Below, in pieces: positions 8,972-16,951 of a DNA stretch of 64,000 nt. Source of the stretch: a bacterium (GTDB taxonomy: Bacteria; Patescibacteriota; Saccharimonadia; Saccharimonadales; Saccharimonadaceae); contig DAIDKB010000020.1 of the NCBI GenBank assembly GCA_027451105.1, positions 61,395 through 125,394 on the forward strand, written 5' to 3'. A model generated the notes under the pieces. That model saw nothing but the letters and a program-made list of their open reading frames with translations, had not been told where the DNA came from and made no database searches. Position numbers and translations under genes: made by a program. Position 1 is the stretch's first letter, and each line of letters starts with the position of its first letter.

Positions 8972-9646
8972 ATGACCGAAGAAGTCATTAACTACGGCTG
9001 GTTCATGAACGAAGGCTGGAACGCGATGAACCACGGCCTGTTCACCGAATCGGCCGAGGCGTTTCATTATGCCTCTCAGGTCGGTGAAGAGAACGCCGAC
9101 ATCGCCGCCGCCCACCAGGGTCATGGCATTGCCATGCGACTGCTTGGTGAGTACCTGGAATCGCACGTCAGCTTTGGAACGGCTTTGCTGTATGCCAGAC
9201 AAGACCCGGCGCTGAAGCTGCGTATCATGCGCGACGAGGCCCTCACCTACATGGCAGAAGGCAAGTTGCAGCGGGCCTATGACATGGCTCACGACAGCTT
9301 CATCGGCCTGAGCCGATTCGATCAGGATGAGTCGGCCGCCTCACTGGGCGCCATGGGACGCATCGAGCTGCAGCGTGGACATCGCGCAGACGCACTTCGA
9401 ATGTTCAACGAGGCAGATGGCATTCTGAATCGGCCAGGCAGCAACCTGGACTACCAGCTGAACAACCTCATCTGGCTGCTCAAAGTCGCGCGTCCAGCAC
9501 TACGCCTAGCGATACTGCCTCGGGGCCTGCGACTCATCAAGGCCACCGGACAGAGCCGGCGCAAGATCGAGGTTGTCATATTGGTGGTCGTCGGTGGCAA
9601 CCGGTTATACAAGCTGGCCGAGCGCTACAAGCGCCGCCGGCGCTAG
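8972..9646 (+). CDS. Hypothetical TPR-like helical-repeat protein encoded in GC-rich DNA
   Basis: 224 aa. A GGAG SD lies 7 nt upstream. Repeated A/L/G-rich helical pairs are present. The C-terminus has a hydrophobic stretch VVILVVVGG followed by a KRRRR tail. A spot count gives about 67% GC at 9301-9360. Confidence 0.5.
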   Translation: MTEEVINYGWFMNEGWNAMNHGLFTESAEAFHYASQVGEENADIAAAHQGHGIAMRLLGEYLESHVSFGTALLYARQDPALKLRIMRDEALTYMAEGKLQRAYDMAHDSFIGLSRFDQDESAASLGAMGRIELQRGHRADALRMFNEADGILNRPGSNLDYQLNNLIWLLKVARPALRLAILPRGLRLIKATGQSRRKIEVVILVVVGGNRLYKLAERYKRRRR

Positions 9647-9652
9647 AACTAC

Positions 9653-9719
9653 CCCACCGGGTCAGCGATTTGTCTGACCCGGTGGGCGCATTACCTCGTA
9701 AGATACGAGGTAATTTTTA
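9653..9719 (+). terminator. Tandem hairpins; the second is a canonical terminator
   Basis: The first hairpin is CCCACCGGGTCAG/CTGACCCGGTGGG (9653-9686). The second is ATTACCTCG/CGAGGTAAT (9690-9714) followed by TTTTTAT. The T-run overlaps the recO stop codon. Confidence 0.65.
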
Positions 9720-10391
9720 TACCGCAGCGTGTTGCCTGGCGACAATAAAACAGTCGCCCAATATGCCCGACAGGCCACCAATCTGCGCTAAGGTTTTTAT
9801 CGGCCGGGTAGCAATCAGCCGTAACAACTTAATATGTTCGGCACCAAGTTCACCATTTTCAGTTCGGCGAAAGCCTTGTTCGGACTCGTCATAACGATAA
9901 TGAGCGTCCGCTTCCAGCTTTTGACCGTCAACGTCATGATATAAACTTAGTTCATGCCCCATGGCAGCCGCATAATGCAGATAAAACCAAGTCTGCGCCA
10001 GCTCAATCGGAATTGTCACGACATCGAGCGCCATCAATACCTCTGATAAAATATCGTACCACTCTGGCTCATCAACCATTTCACTGGCCTTTGAAACCAA
10101 TTTAATAACCGTATAGCCAAACTGCATCCGATCATAATCTTCCATAATATGGCGGTAAAATTGGATCAAGCGAGCCGAGGTTAAAATTCCCAAATCACCC
10201 TTGCCCTCATTGATCACCACGTCACATATCGCGAATAGTTCAATACCACCAGCCAAACGGCTTTTTTCGCGTCGCACTCCTTTTGCCATAACACTTCGCT
10301 TGCCACTTGGCGTCAGTAGCTGCAAAATTCGATCAGCCTCGCCATAATTTGTTCGACGCAACACAATCGCCCGTGTGCGCAAGCTATTCAT
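9717..10391 (-). CDS. recO: DNA repair protein RecO
   Basis: 224 aa. The N-terminus RAIVLRRTNYGEADRILQLLT forms the RecO OB-fold signature. Confidence 0.8.
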   Translation of the reverse strand: MNSLRTRAIVLRRTNYGEADRILQLLTPSGKRSVMAKGVRREKSRLAGGIELFAICDVVINEGKGDLGILTSARLIQFYRHIMEDYDRMQFGYTVIKLVSKASEMVDEPEWYDILSEVLMALDVVTIPIELAQTWFYLHYAAAMGHELSLYHDVDGQKLEADAHYRYDESEQGFRRTENGELGAEHIKLLRLIATRPIKTLAQIGGLSGILGDCFIVARQHAAV

Positions 10392-10760
10392 TTAAAGCAC
10401 GCTCCGGACAGCAGCCGGCAAATCGTCTGGCTCCATCGTCGCCTTATCGAGTAATCGTTTGACGCCATACGGCCGAACATCATCAAGTAACATTTCGGGC
10501 GCTAAATTCGTGCACAGAATCACCGGAATATTGCCAGTGTCGCTATATGATTGCAGTTCGTGCAGCAACGCAAAGGCAGTACTGCCAGTCAAAAGTACGT
10601 CCAGCACAATTGCATCTGGTCGTGATTCATCAACTGCCGAAATTGCATCAATTGCGTGTGGCGAAAGCCTCGTCCTAAAACCAGCCCTTTCAAGTGTACG
10701 GGCATGCTGTTCGGCTGTCCAAATATCATCCTCAACAATCAAAATTAGCGGCTTTTTCAT
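10392..10760 (-). CDS. Receiver-only response regulator (CheY-like)
   Basis: 122 aa with EDD...D(LDVLL)...T...K receiver residues and no output domain. Confidence 0.8.
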   Translation of the reverse strand: MKKPLILIVEDDIWTAEQHARTLERAGFRTRLSPHAIDAISAVDESRPDAIVLDVLLTGSTAFALLHELQSYSDTGNIPVILCTNLAPEMLLDDVRPYGVKRLLDKATMEPDDLPAAVRSVL

Positions 10761-11497
10761 AGCAAACTAAGCTGGCGAGACGAGCCCAAGTCAACGTAAA
10801 AAGTCGCACCGTCACGGTGTCTCGTCACCCCTATTGTGCCATTCATTGCACTGGCAAATTGACCAGCCACATAAAGGCCCAGACCACTACTTTGCGGTCG
10901 TGCATGCACTGGCTGCGGCGCTTTGGCTAGTTTAGTCCGGAGCGTCTTCCACATATCACTTGATAGTGCTGGACCGTAGTCGCGCACGCCCAGTCGAATC
11001 ATCTGGCCATTATTAAAGGCCTTAATCTGAATTTCAACGATACTACCGGCTTCGGCATAATGAAGCGCATTATCACTAAAATTCATGATGATTCGGCGCA
11101 GCAAATCACGATTACCAACTAGAAGCAGCGGGTGTCGATGTGGCACAAAACGCACATCTCGGCCATAGGCGCTAAATAACGGCTGAAGCTCTTGAACGAT
11201 ATCTTTACATAATTGCTGAGGGTTAATAGGTTCGAGCGTAAACATAGCATCATCCAATCGGGCCGACCGGGTCAAATCACTAGTCAGACGTAAGGCGCGC
11301 TCACTAGTTAGGCTAATCTGGCGCAACATCCGTTGACTTTCGTCTAGCGACAAATCACCGGCTTCTAAAGATAGGGCGAGTTGCCTAACCAACGCAAGCG
11401 GCGATTTTAGCTCGTGAGCAGCGGCGATTAGTGATGGTATTTGACCCTCAAAAATCCCTGCCCTCAGTTGTTCGCGCCCTGCTCGCTTCACACTCAT
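10757..11497 (-). CDS. Cytoplasmic histidine kinase (HisKA + HATPase_c, no TM or sensor domain)
   Basis: 246 aa. The H-box is AAHELKSPL, the N-box NFSDNALHY, and the G-boxes are DYGPAL and SSGLGLY. It overlaps the response regulator gene by 4 nt. Confidence 0.8.
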   Translation of the reverse strand: MSVKRAGREQLRAGIFEGQIPSLIAAAHELKSPLALVRQLALSLEAGDLSLDESQRMLRQISLTSERALRLTSDLTRSARLDDAMFTLEPINPQQLCKDIVQELQPLFSAYGRDVRFVPHRHPLLLVGNRDLLRRIIMNFSDNALHYAEAGSIVEIQIKAFNNGQMIRLGVRDYGPALSSDMWKTLRTKLAKAPQPVHARPQSSGLGLYVAGQFASAMNGTIGVTRHRDGATFYVDLGSSRQLSLL

Positions 11498-11544
11498 ACT
11501 ACATCTAGTGTAGCACGCCAGGCGTCAACCGTAACAGCCTCTGG

Positions 11545-12213
11545 CTATGAGTTAAATTTAATCGTCTTAATCAGATTTTCAAAATCAGGCTTGAAGGTAT
11601 CTGCATCAGTTCGCAAAGTTACCGTCTTGTCGCGAATCTTGTAGATTACAGCTGAGCCACGAATATCTTTCGTGAAATTACCATCCAATCGAGTACCATC
11701 ATTACCGTTAGCTGATGTTGCACTCGATTTTAAAGCACCCGTCTTAACAAGTGGCTGATATGACGCCACTACCTTGTCGTAATCCTGGCTTTCAATCGTC
11801 ACCCTTAAGGCATATTGTTGAGTTGCCGAGCTACCAACTGGTGGCACGCTGCCCGGATTTAAGTAAGCCGCGTATGTCGAACCACCGCTCGTGATATCTT
11901 TATCGACATAGACACTCCAGGTTTTTGGATAGTCAAAAGTCAAACGACCATAGTCATCCGGACCTACAAACTGGCGATTTGGCAGCTTATCAGCAGCCTC
12001 AAACCTGGCCGCATCACTATCCGCCTGGGCTTTTTTAGCTATCGCCACATTCGACGCGATCTGACTGTCAAAATTAGTTTTTTGGTTTGTATAATTTACG
12101 TAGGCCCAAATAGCTAGCGCGGCAAAGCCGACCGCAAGAACAGCCAAACCGATTGTTGTCAGGACTAGTCCGCTAACCGCACCCTTTTCATTTTTATGTT
12201 GAGGTGTCATCAT
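11545..12213 (-). CDS. Membrane-anchored extracytoplasmic hypothetical protein
   Basis: The track ORF is trimmed to MMTPQHK at 12213. TATAAT (12225-12220) lies 6 nt upstream, whereas the longer ORF would overlap the preceding gene. There is one TM helix and then a PsbP/DUF1795-like beta domain (weak assignment). Confidence 0.5.
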   Translation of the reverse strand: MMTPQHKNEKGAVSGLVLTTIGLAVLAVGFAALAIWAYVNYTNQKTNFDSQIASNVAIAKKAQADSDAARFEAADKLPNRQFVGPDDYGRLTFDYPKTWSVYVDKDITSGGSTYAAYLNPGSVPPVGSSATQQYALRVTIESQDYDKVVASYQPLVKTGALKSSATSANGNDGTRLDGNFTKDIRGSAVIYKIRDKTVTLRTDADTFKPDFENLIKTIKFNS

Positions 12214-12232
12214 AGCGCCATTATACTTGTGC

Positions 12233-12745
12233 TTAGTCTGACTGTAAAGGCGCGAAGTCATACAACAAATACGCCCCATCGGATCGCTCGGCATCGGCCT
12301 CGCCCAACATGTCGCCATAGCAAATTAATTTCAAATTGCGGCTCAAGCGATTAGCCTCAGACTGCATCTTGTTAATTAATTTTTGCTTATCACGTTCAAC
12401 ACCAAAAAAATAAACAACCGTCGTTTCGCCCGGCAAGGGCGTCAACCAAATATCGGTCAAATAAACGTTGACCAGTGGCTGCCGCCTCGATAATAGTCGA
12501 GCTGTCATATAAAGCACTGGATTCAGTTCGAACCCAACTGCTCGAGCACCTTTTTTTGCCGCTTCGCGAAGCACAATCCCATCCCCGCTGCCCAAGTCAA
12601 CCAAAACATCGCGATCAGACAACAAGTATAAATCAGTAAACGCCTTGGCTATATAGGCACTTCGACTGGGTACATACGGAGCACCGCGCAGGATAATTAA
12701 TCCAAAAAATACGACCAGCACGGCGACAAGCCAAAAGGCCATCAC
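12233..12745 (-). CDS. Class I SAM-dependent methyltransferase with an N-terminal TM helix
   Basis: 170 aa with SAM motif I VLVDLGSGDGIVL. Confidence 0.65.
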   Translation of the reverse strand: MMAFWLVAVLVVFFGLIILRGAPYVPSRSAYIAKAFTDLYLLSDRDVLVDLGSGDGIVLREAAKKGARAVGFELNPVLYMTARLLSRRQPLVNVYLTDIWLTPLPGETTVVYFFGVERDKQKLINKMQSEANRLSRNLKLICYGDMLGEADAERSDGAYLLYDFAPLQSD

Positions 12746-12747
12746 CT

Positions 12748-12954
12748 CTAATCCTCACTATCAAATTTTTGTTTTACAATTTGAATATCGTTTTTTAGAG
12801 CTTTTAAGTCGGCTTCAATTTCTTCGGCCAGAGCTTCAGCCTCTTTGAACTTATCAAGTGCCGTTTCAAGCGAAAAATCCTCGCCGTCAAACCAAGCGAC
12901 TAGTTCCGTAAGTTCGATAGTTTTCTCTTGAACTGTTTTATTTGACTTTGACAT
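12748..12954 (-). CDS. xseB: Exodeoxyribonuclease VII small subunit
   Basis: 68 aa. It is a helical hairpin and the sequence LETALDKFKEAEALAEE is typical. It sits directly downstream of xseA. Confidence 0.8.
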   Translation of the reverse strand: MSKSNKTVQEKTIELTELVAWFDGEDFSLETALDKFKEAEALAEEIEADLKALKNDIQIVKQKFDSED

Positions 12955-14029
12955 CTTTTACCTCTGCTTTAATTATAATCTTATTCGTTTCAACCTCAAT
13001 CATACTGCCGATTGTTGGCGCACCACGTAAAAGTGCATAGCCTCGCGCTAAAACCGTTGCAGGATTAAGCTCTGCCAGGACTCGTCGCATAGCCGTCAGT
13101 TGATTTAGGCTGTCGTCGGCTTTATCAGATATCGCCTCGAGCGCTTCGACTAGAAGCGACTTAATTTTAACCGACTGCTGCGAAATTGCGCCGTCAACAC
13201 GCGGTAACAATGAACGTACTTGATACTTCACCGCCCGGATTAGTTCGCTCTTGTCGGGAACTAAGATCTGAGCCGCGTTACTTGGTGTCGCCGCCCTAAC
13301 GTCAGCCGCCATATCAGCCAAACTTTCATCAACTTCGTGCCCGACGCCAACTAGAGTTGGAATCCGACTAGCCGCAATCGCCCGAACTAATTGCTCATCG
13401 TTAAAGGCCGACAAGTCATCGGCGCTACCGCCACCTCTAATAATTACTACGACTTCAGGCAAATCTTCCCGGCTATTAAAATAATTTAGAGCGCGAATAA
13501 TCTGATCGGGTGCACTAGCGCCTTGGACTTGAACGTGCGCCACGTCGACCCGCAAGCCGCCCCAGCGATCGTCCAGAATTTTAATAAAATCAGCATAGCC
13601 AGCCGCCTGCGTACTGCTTATAACCCCAATATGGCTCGGTACGGCGGGCAGCGGTCGCTTGCGCTCTGGTGCAAATAAACCCTCTTTGTCCAGTTTAGCT
13701 TTTAAGATTTCAAAACTCTTTTTTAAGGCACCTTCTCCGCTGGGGCGCACCGCCCTAACCGTCAGACTAAACTTGCCCCATTGAGTTAACTTTGGAGTTG
13801 CCGTCACGATAACCTTCATGCCGTCTTCTATAGGTGTACGGAGTTGCCAGACCGTCATAAAACAGCCCAAGCTACCGCCAGAGTCCTTAATATCGAAAAA
13901 AACAAACTTCCCCTGATTAACCTTAAACGAGGCCACCTCACCTTCGACTTCAACTACGGGATAAGCATATTCGAGCGTTTGGTTAGTAACCGCGATAAAA
14001 TCGCTAACGCTAAGTAGTACTTTTTCCAT
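12938..14029 (-). CDS. xseA: Exodeoxyribonuclease VII large subunit (short form)
   Basis: 363 aa with an N-terminal OB fold (VEGEVASFKV) and catalytic-core motifs GVISS and RGGGS. Confidence 0.85.
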   Translation of the reverse strand: MEKVLLSVSDFIAVTNQTLEYAYPVVEVEGEVASFKVNQGKFVFFDIKDSGGSLGCFMTVWQLRTPIEDGMKVIVTATPKLTQWGKFSLTVRAVRPSGEGALKKSFEILKAKLDKEGLFAPERKRPLPAVPSHIGVISSTQAAGYADFIKILDDRWGGLRVDVAHVQVQGASAPDQIIRALNYFNSREDLPEVVVIIRGGGSADDLSAFNDEQLVRAIAASRIPTLVGVGHEVDESLADMAADVRAATPSNAAQILVPDKSELIRAVKYQVRSLLPRVDGAISQQSVKIKSLLVEALEAISDKADDSLNQLTAMRRVLAELNPATVLARGYALLRGAPTIGSMIEVETNKIIIKAEVKDVKVK

Positions 14030-15041
14030 ACTTTAAGATAGTTAGCTGGTAAAATATGTAGCCAAAAATGATCGTACCCGACAAAAGCGCCACTCGGGCC
14101 AACAAGGTACCGGCAATTGCAATGTCAGCCGGTACACCAGCTGAAGCCAAAAACGCAATCATCATCGCCTCGTAAACGCCGGCCCCGCCTGGTGTTACCG
14201 ATATAAAGCTCGACAATCCCGAAACGCCAAAAGCAATAAACAACGTTGCTGGGCTAACCCATGATCCAAGCGACCAAAAAGCAATCATTAGTAGCAAGAC
14301 ATCGGCAATATTAGCGACGATTGCCCAGATCAGTGGCTTTTTCAAAACTTTCTTGTCATTACGAATCTCAACATAATCAACATGCAAGTCATTAAAGAAT
14401 TTTTCAATTTTTTGATGATCAACAACGTGCTGCTTTTTGCCAAGTGTTATCATCGCAACTAACTTATCAACAGTAAATGACAGGTTCTTTGAAAACTTTT
14501 TAAGTCGGGTCGCACTACCAACAATATAAACTACAAACAGTGTCGCACCGATTACTAATAGCGATAAAACTACGCACATTAAAATTGTTACGCGATTAAC
14601 ATTATGGTCAAGAATTAACACCAAAACCGATATAAACAATAGTCCGATAAATGACAAAAACATCAAGGCGAAGCGAATAATTTGCGCCATCGCCGCCCGA
14701 CCCGCACCAACGCCATGACGACTTAGAACCCATCCAAGATAAGAGAAACCAGCGGCTCCTCCACTCGGTAAAATGTGATTAACAAAGTTTAGTTCCAGCG
14801 CCATTCGCGTCATACCCCAATGAGACACATCCGAGATATTGCCCTTAGAGCGCAAATACGAAAAGATAATACTGCCGACAGCATAATAGCTAATCAACTG
14901 AACCGGTACTAATAAGGCTAATATCCAGCCGTTAACGCTTCCCAGCAGCCGCCAGGCATGGGAAATTTCTGGCCAACCAAAATAAACAACCAGCCCCAGC
15001 AAAACTATCGTACCAATCGTTAACCATGATCGAAATGACAT
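14010..15041 (-). CDS. Flippase-like / lysyl-phosphatidylglycerol synthase TM-region family membrane protein
   Basis: 343 aa with about 8 TM helices. TPGGAGVYE and PSGGAAGF motifs are typical of UPF0104/LPG_synthase_TM. Confidence 0.6.
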   Translation of the reverse strand: MSFRSWLTIGTIVLLGLVVYFGWPEISHAWRLLGSVNGWILALLVPVQLISYYAVGSIIFSYLRSKGNISDVSHWGMTRMALELNFVNHILPSGGAAGFSYLGWVLSRHGVGAGRAAMAQIIRFALMFLSFIGLLFISVLVLILDHNVNRVTILMCVVLSLLVIGATLFVVYIVGSATRLKKFSKNLSFTVDKLVAMITLGKKQHVVDHQKIEKFFNDLHVDYVEIRNDKKVLKKPLIWAIVANIADVLLLMIAFWSLGSWVSPATLFIAFGVSGLSSFISVTPGGAGVYEAMMIAFLASAGVPADIAIAGTLLARVALLSGTIIFGYIFYQLTILKYGKSTT

Positions 15042-15095
15042 ACTTAAATTTATTATAGCACCATAATCACCCCAGTCGTCGTATAATGATTTTAT

Positions 15096-16259
15096 ATGTA
15101 TATCGTAATTTTGGGCCGACAGCCGGCTTTGGGCCTTGCCGAATTAGAACGCGTTTTCGGTGGCACTAGTATTAACCCTGTATCGGACCAGGCGGCTACT
15201 GTCGATACCTCCCTGCTTGATATTAGGCGTCTGGGCGGCGCCCTAAAAGCCGGTCGCGTCATTACTGAACTGAACGGTAACAACTGGTTTAGCGCCAGCC
15301 AGGCCATCGTCCAGCACTATATAAAAGCTTGGGCATCATTTGACGGCAAGATAACTCTTGGTATCAGTGCCTACGGTTTTGAAGTTAAGTCAGCGGACGT
15401 CCAGAAAACTGGCATAATTTTAAAGCAAAAGCTTAAAAAACACGATGTCAGCCTACGGCTTATCCCCAACCAGGACACCGCCCTATCAACCGCGACTAGC
15501 CACCACAACAAGCTTGGCCTAGCCGAAAATAAAGTTGAGTTGCTCGTTGTTAAATCCAAAAATAACCGCATTATCATCGCCGAGAGCACTGGTGCCCAAA
15601 ACATCACCGCCTACACCAAACGCGACCAAGAACGCCCCCGCCGTGACGCCTTTGTTGGCATGTTGCCACCAAAACTAGCCCAGATTATGATTAACCTTGC
15701 CCACCCGGCTCCATCTGCCCGCGTACTTGACCCTTTCTGTGGTACCGGCGTCGTTTTGCAAGAGGCCGCCCTGATGGGCTACCAGGTTTATGGCACTGAT
15801 ATCGCCACCAAGATGGTCGATTACTCGCTCGATAACCTCAGATGGCTCGTCGAAACCCACCATGTCACCATTAACCCACTGCTTCATGACGGAGACGCTA
15901 TGACAACCAAATGGCAGCCACCAATCGGTGCCGTTGTCGCCGAAACTTACCTCGGCCAACCCTTCAGCGCACCACCTTCTCCTAAAAAGCTTGAGGAAGT
16001 TACCAAAAACTGCGACCACATCATTACCGAATTTTTAAAAAATCTTGCTCCTCAAATCAGTCCCGACACGCCAGTTTGTATTGCCGTCCCAGCCTGGCGC
16101 GACCAAAGTGGTAACTTTACTCACCTACCGCTAGTCGACCGTCTTGGTCAGCTTGGCTTCAGGCCACACGAATTTCATAATGTTTCAAAAAACAAGCTGC
16201 TATACTACCGCGAGGATCAAATTGTCGCTCGCGAACTGCTCGTACTAACCAAAATTTAA
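15096..16259 (+). CDS. Putative RNA (guanine-N2/adenine-N6) methyltransferase, UPF0020/Trm11-like
   Basis: 387 aa with the DPFCGTGVVLQEA SAM-binding motif and an N-terminal THUMP-like region. Confidence 0.6.
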   Translation: MYIVILGRQPALGLAELERVFGGTSINPVSDQAATVDTSLLDIRRLGGALKAGRVITELNGNNWFSASQAIVQHYIKAWASFDGKITLGISAYGFEVKSADVQKTGIILKQKLKKHDVSLRLIPNQDTALSTATSHHNKLGLAENKVELLVVKSKNNRIIIAESTGAQNITAYTKRDQERPRRDAFVGMLPPKLAQIMINLAHPAPSARVLDPFCGTGVVLQEAALMGYQVYGTDIATKMVDYSLDNLRWLVETHHVTINPLLHDGDAMTTKWQPPIGAVVAETYLGQPFSAPPSPKKLEEVTKNCDHIITEFLKNLAPQISPDTPVCIAVPAWRDQSGNFTHLPLVDRLGQLGFRPHEFHNVSKNKLLYYREDQIVARELLVLTKI

Positions 16260-16344
16260 TTTTAGTCTTAAGCTACAACTTAATCCTTACTTTTGCCAAA
16301 GTAACAAATGTCTTGATACTTTTGGCTGCAAAAGTATCCAAAAA

Positions 16345-16565
16345 CTGCTGGGGTTAGATGTAGTTACAGAGACCCCAGGGAGACACAGTAGAGCCGCGCG
16401 CCTAACCGCTCTGAACAACCACTCTGCAGCCCGAGTACGACAAGACGCCGAGGCTCTTGTTCGCGCCCGGTGCGAAGCCCGGTTGGAGAAGCGGTTGGGG
16501 TTAGAGGCGAGTGTGGATAGAAACATAACTTTTTACCCCTATAGGCGCTTGACGCCCCGCCTCTT
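16345..16565 (-). ncRNA. Candidate structured ncRNA of unassigned class; strand uncertain
   Basis: About 60% GC with no credible ORF. Collinear long-range complementary segments are present: 16350-54/16535-39, 16362-66/16526-30, 16383-86/16511-14, 16399-403/16505-09, 16404-10/16490-96 and 16416-20/16481-85. There is an apical hairpin at 16440-45/16455-60. On the minus strand a CTGGGGT...ACCCCAG hairpin is followed by TTTTT. I could not find tmRNA, RNase P or SRP signature motifs. Confidence 0.4.
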
Positions 16566-16577
16566 ATTTGATACAAT
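16549..16577 (+). promoter_or_regulatory. Sigma70 promoter of rpmA
   Basis: TTGACG (16549-16554), 17 nt, then TACAAT (16572-16577). An AAAGGAG SD precedes the ATG at 16614. Confidence 0.6.
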
Positions 16578-16613
16578 CATTTAGATTTTGTTACTAATTT
16601 AAAGGAGTTATTC

Positions 16614-16886
16614 ATGTCACACGTTAAAGCAGGTGGAACGTCCAAAAACATCCACAATAACGCCGGCCAACGCCTTGGTGTCAAACGCTTTGGTGGTCAG
16701 ACGGTACGAACCGGCGAAGTTCTAGTTCGCCAGACAGGTTCAACCAAGATCTCTGGTCCTGGTACCTTCATCAGCAAAGACTTTACAATCCACGCTGCCG
16801 TTGATGGTGTTGTCAGTTTCAACAAGGTACGTAAAAGCCGCTTCACCGGCAAGACTACCCCACGAACTCAAGTAGTCGTTAGCTAA
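16614..16886 (+). CDS. rpmA: 50S ribosomal protein L27
   Basis: 90 aa with MSHVKAGGTSKN...RLGVKRFGGQ...G..LVRQ.G, the L27 signature. Confidence 0.9.
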   Translation: MSHVKAGGTSKNIHNNAGQRLGVKRFGGQTVRTGEVLVRQTGSTKISGPGTFISKDFTIHAAVDGVVSFNKVRKSRFTGKTTPRTQVVVS

Positions 16887-16904
16887 TTACTCGATTGCAA
16901 TATA

Positions 16905-16933
16905 AAATAACCTCCATCGCGGAGGTTATTTTA
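16905..16933 (+). terminator. Bidirectional intrinsic terminator
   Basis: AAATAACCTCC, loop ATCGC, GGAGGTTATTT, flanked by A- and T-runs. Confidence 0.75.
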
Positions 16934-16951
16934 ATGTAACCATAATTTTCA

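Noticed and set aside
8311-9292. Minus-strand ORFs 8311..8604 and 8945..9292 inside the GC-rich cassette.
   Set aside because: Long antisense ORFs are expected in GC-rich DNA. Their sequences are Arg/Ala-rich. The promoter, SD and terminator signals all support the plus-strand ORFs.
11545-12318. Long form of the ORF starting at 12318.
   Set aside because: The extension overlaps the upstream methyltransferase gene by 86 nt and reads as non-protein-like sequence (MATCWARPMPSDPMGRICC...). A TATAAT box lies 6 nt upstream of the internal MM start at 12213.
16345-16565. Assignment of the candidate RNA to tmRNA, RNase P RNA, SRP RNA or a known riboswitch class.
   Set aside because: I could not find the diagnostic strings on either strand: GGAUUCGAC with a T-arm and CCA end; GAGGAAAGUCC with ACAGAA-CCGGCUUA; GGAAG-AGCAGC; or TPP, FMN, glycine, c-di-GMP or ZTP cores. 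At about 220 nt the element is short for rnpB or ssrA. The class is left open.
16287-16576. ORFs of 79 aa and 70 aa across the GC-rich element.
   Set aside because: They overlap each other in different frames. They are Arg/Ser/Ala/Leu-rich with no SD or sensible start context, and the region shows strong RNA-like self-complementarity instead.
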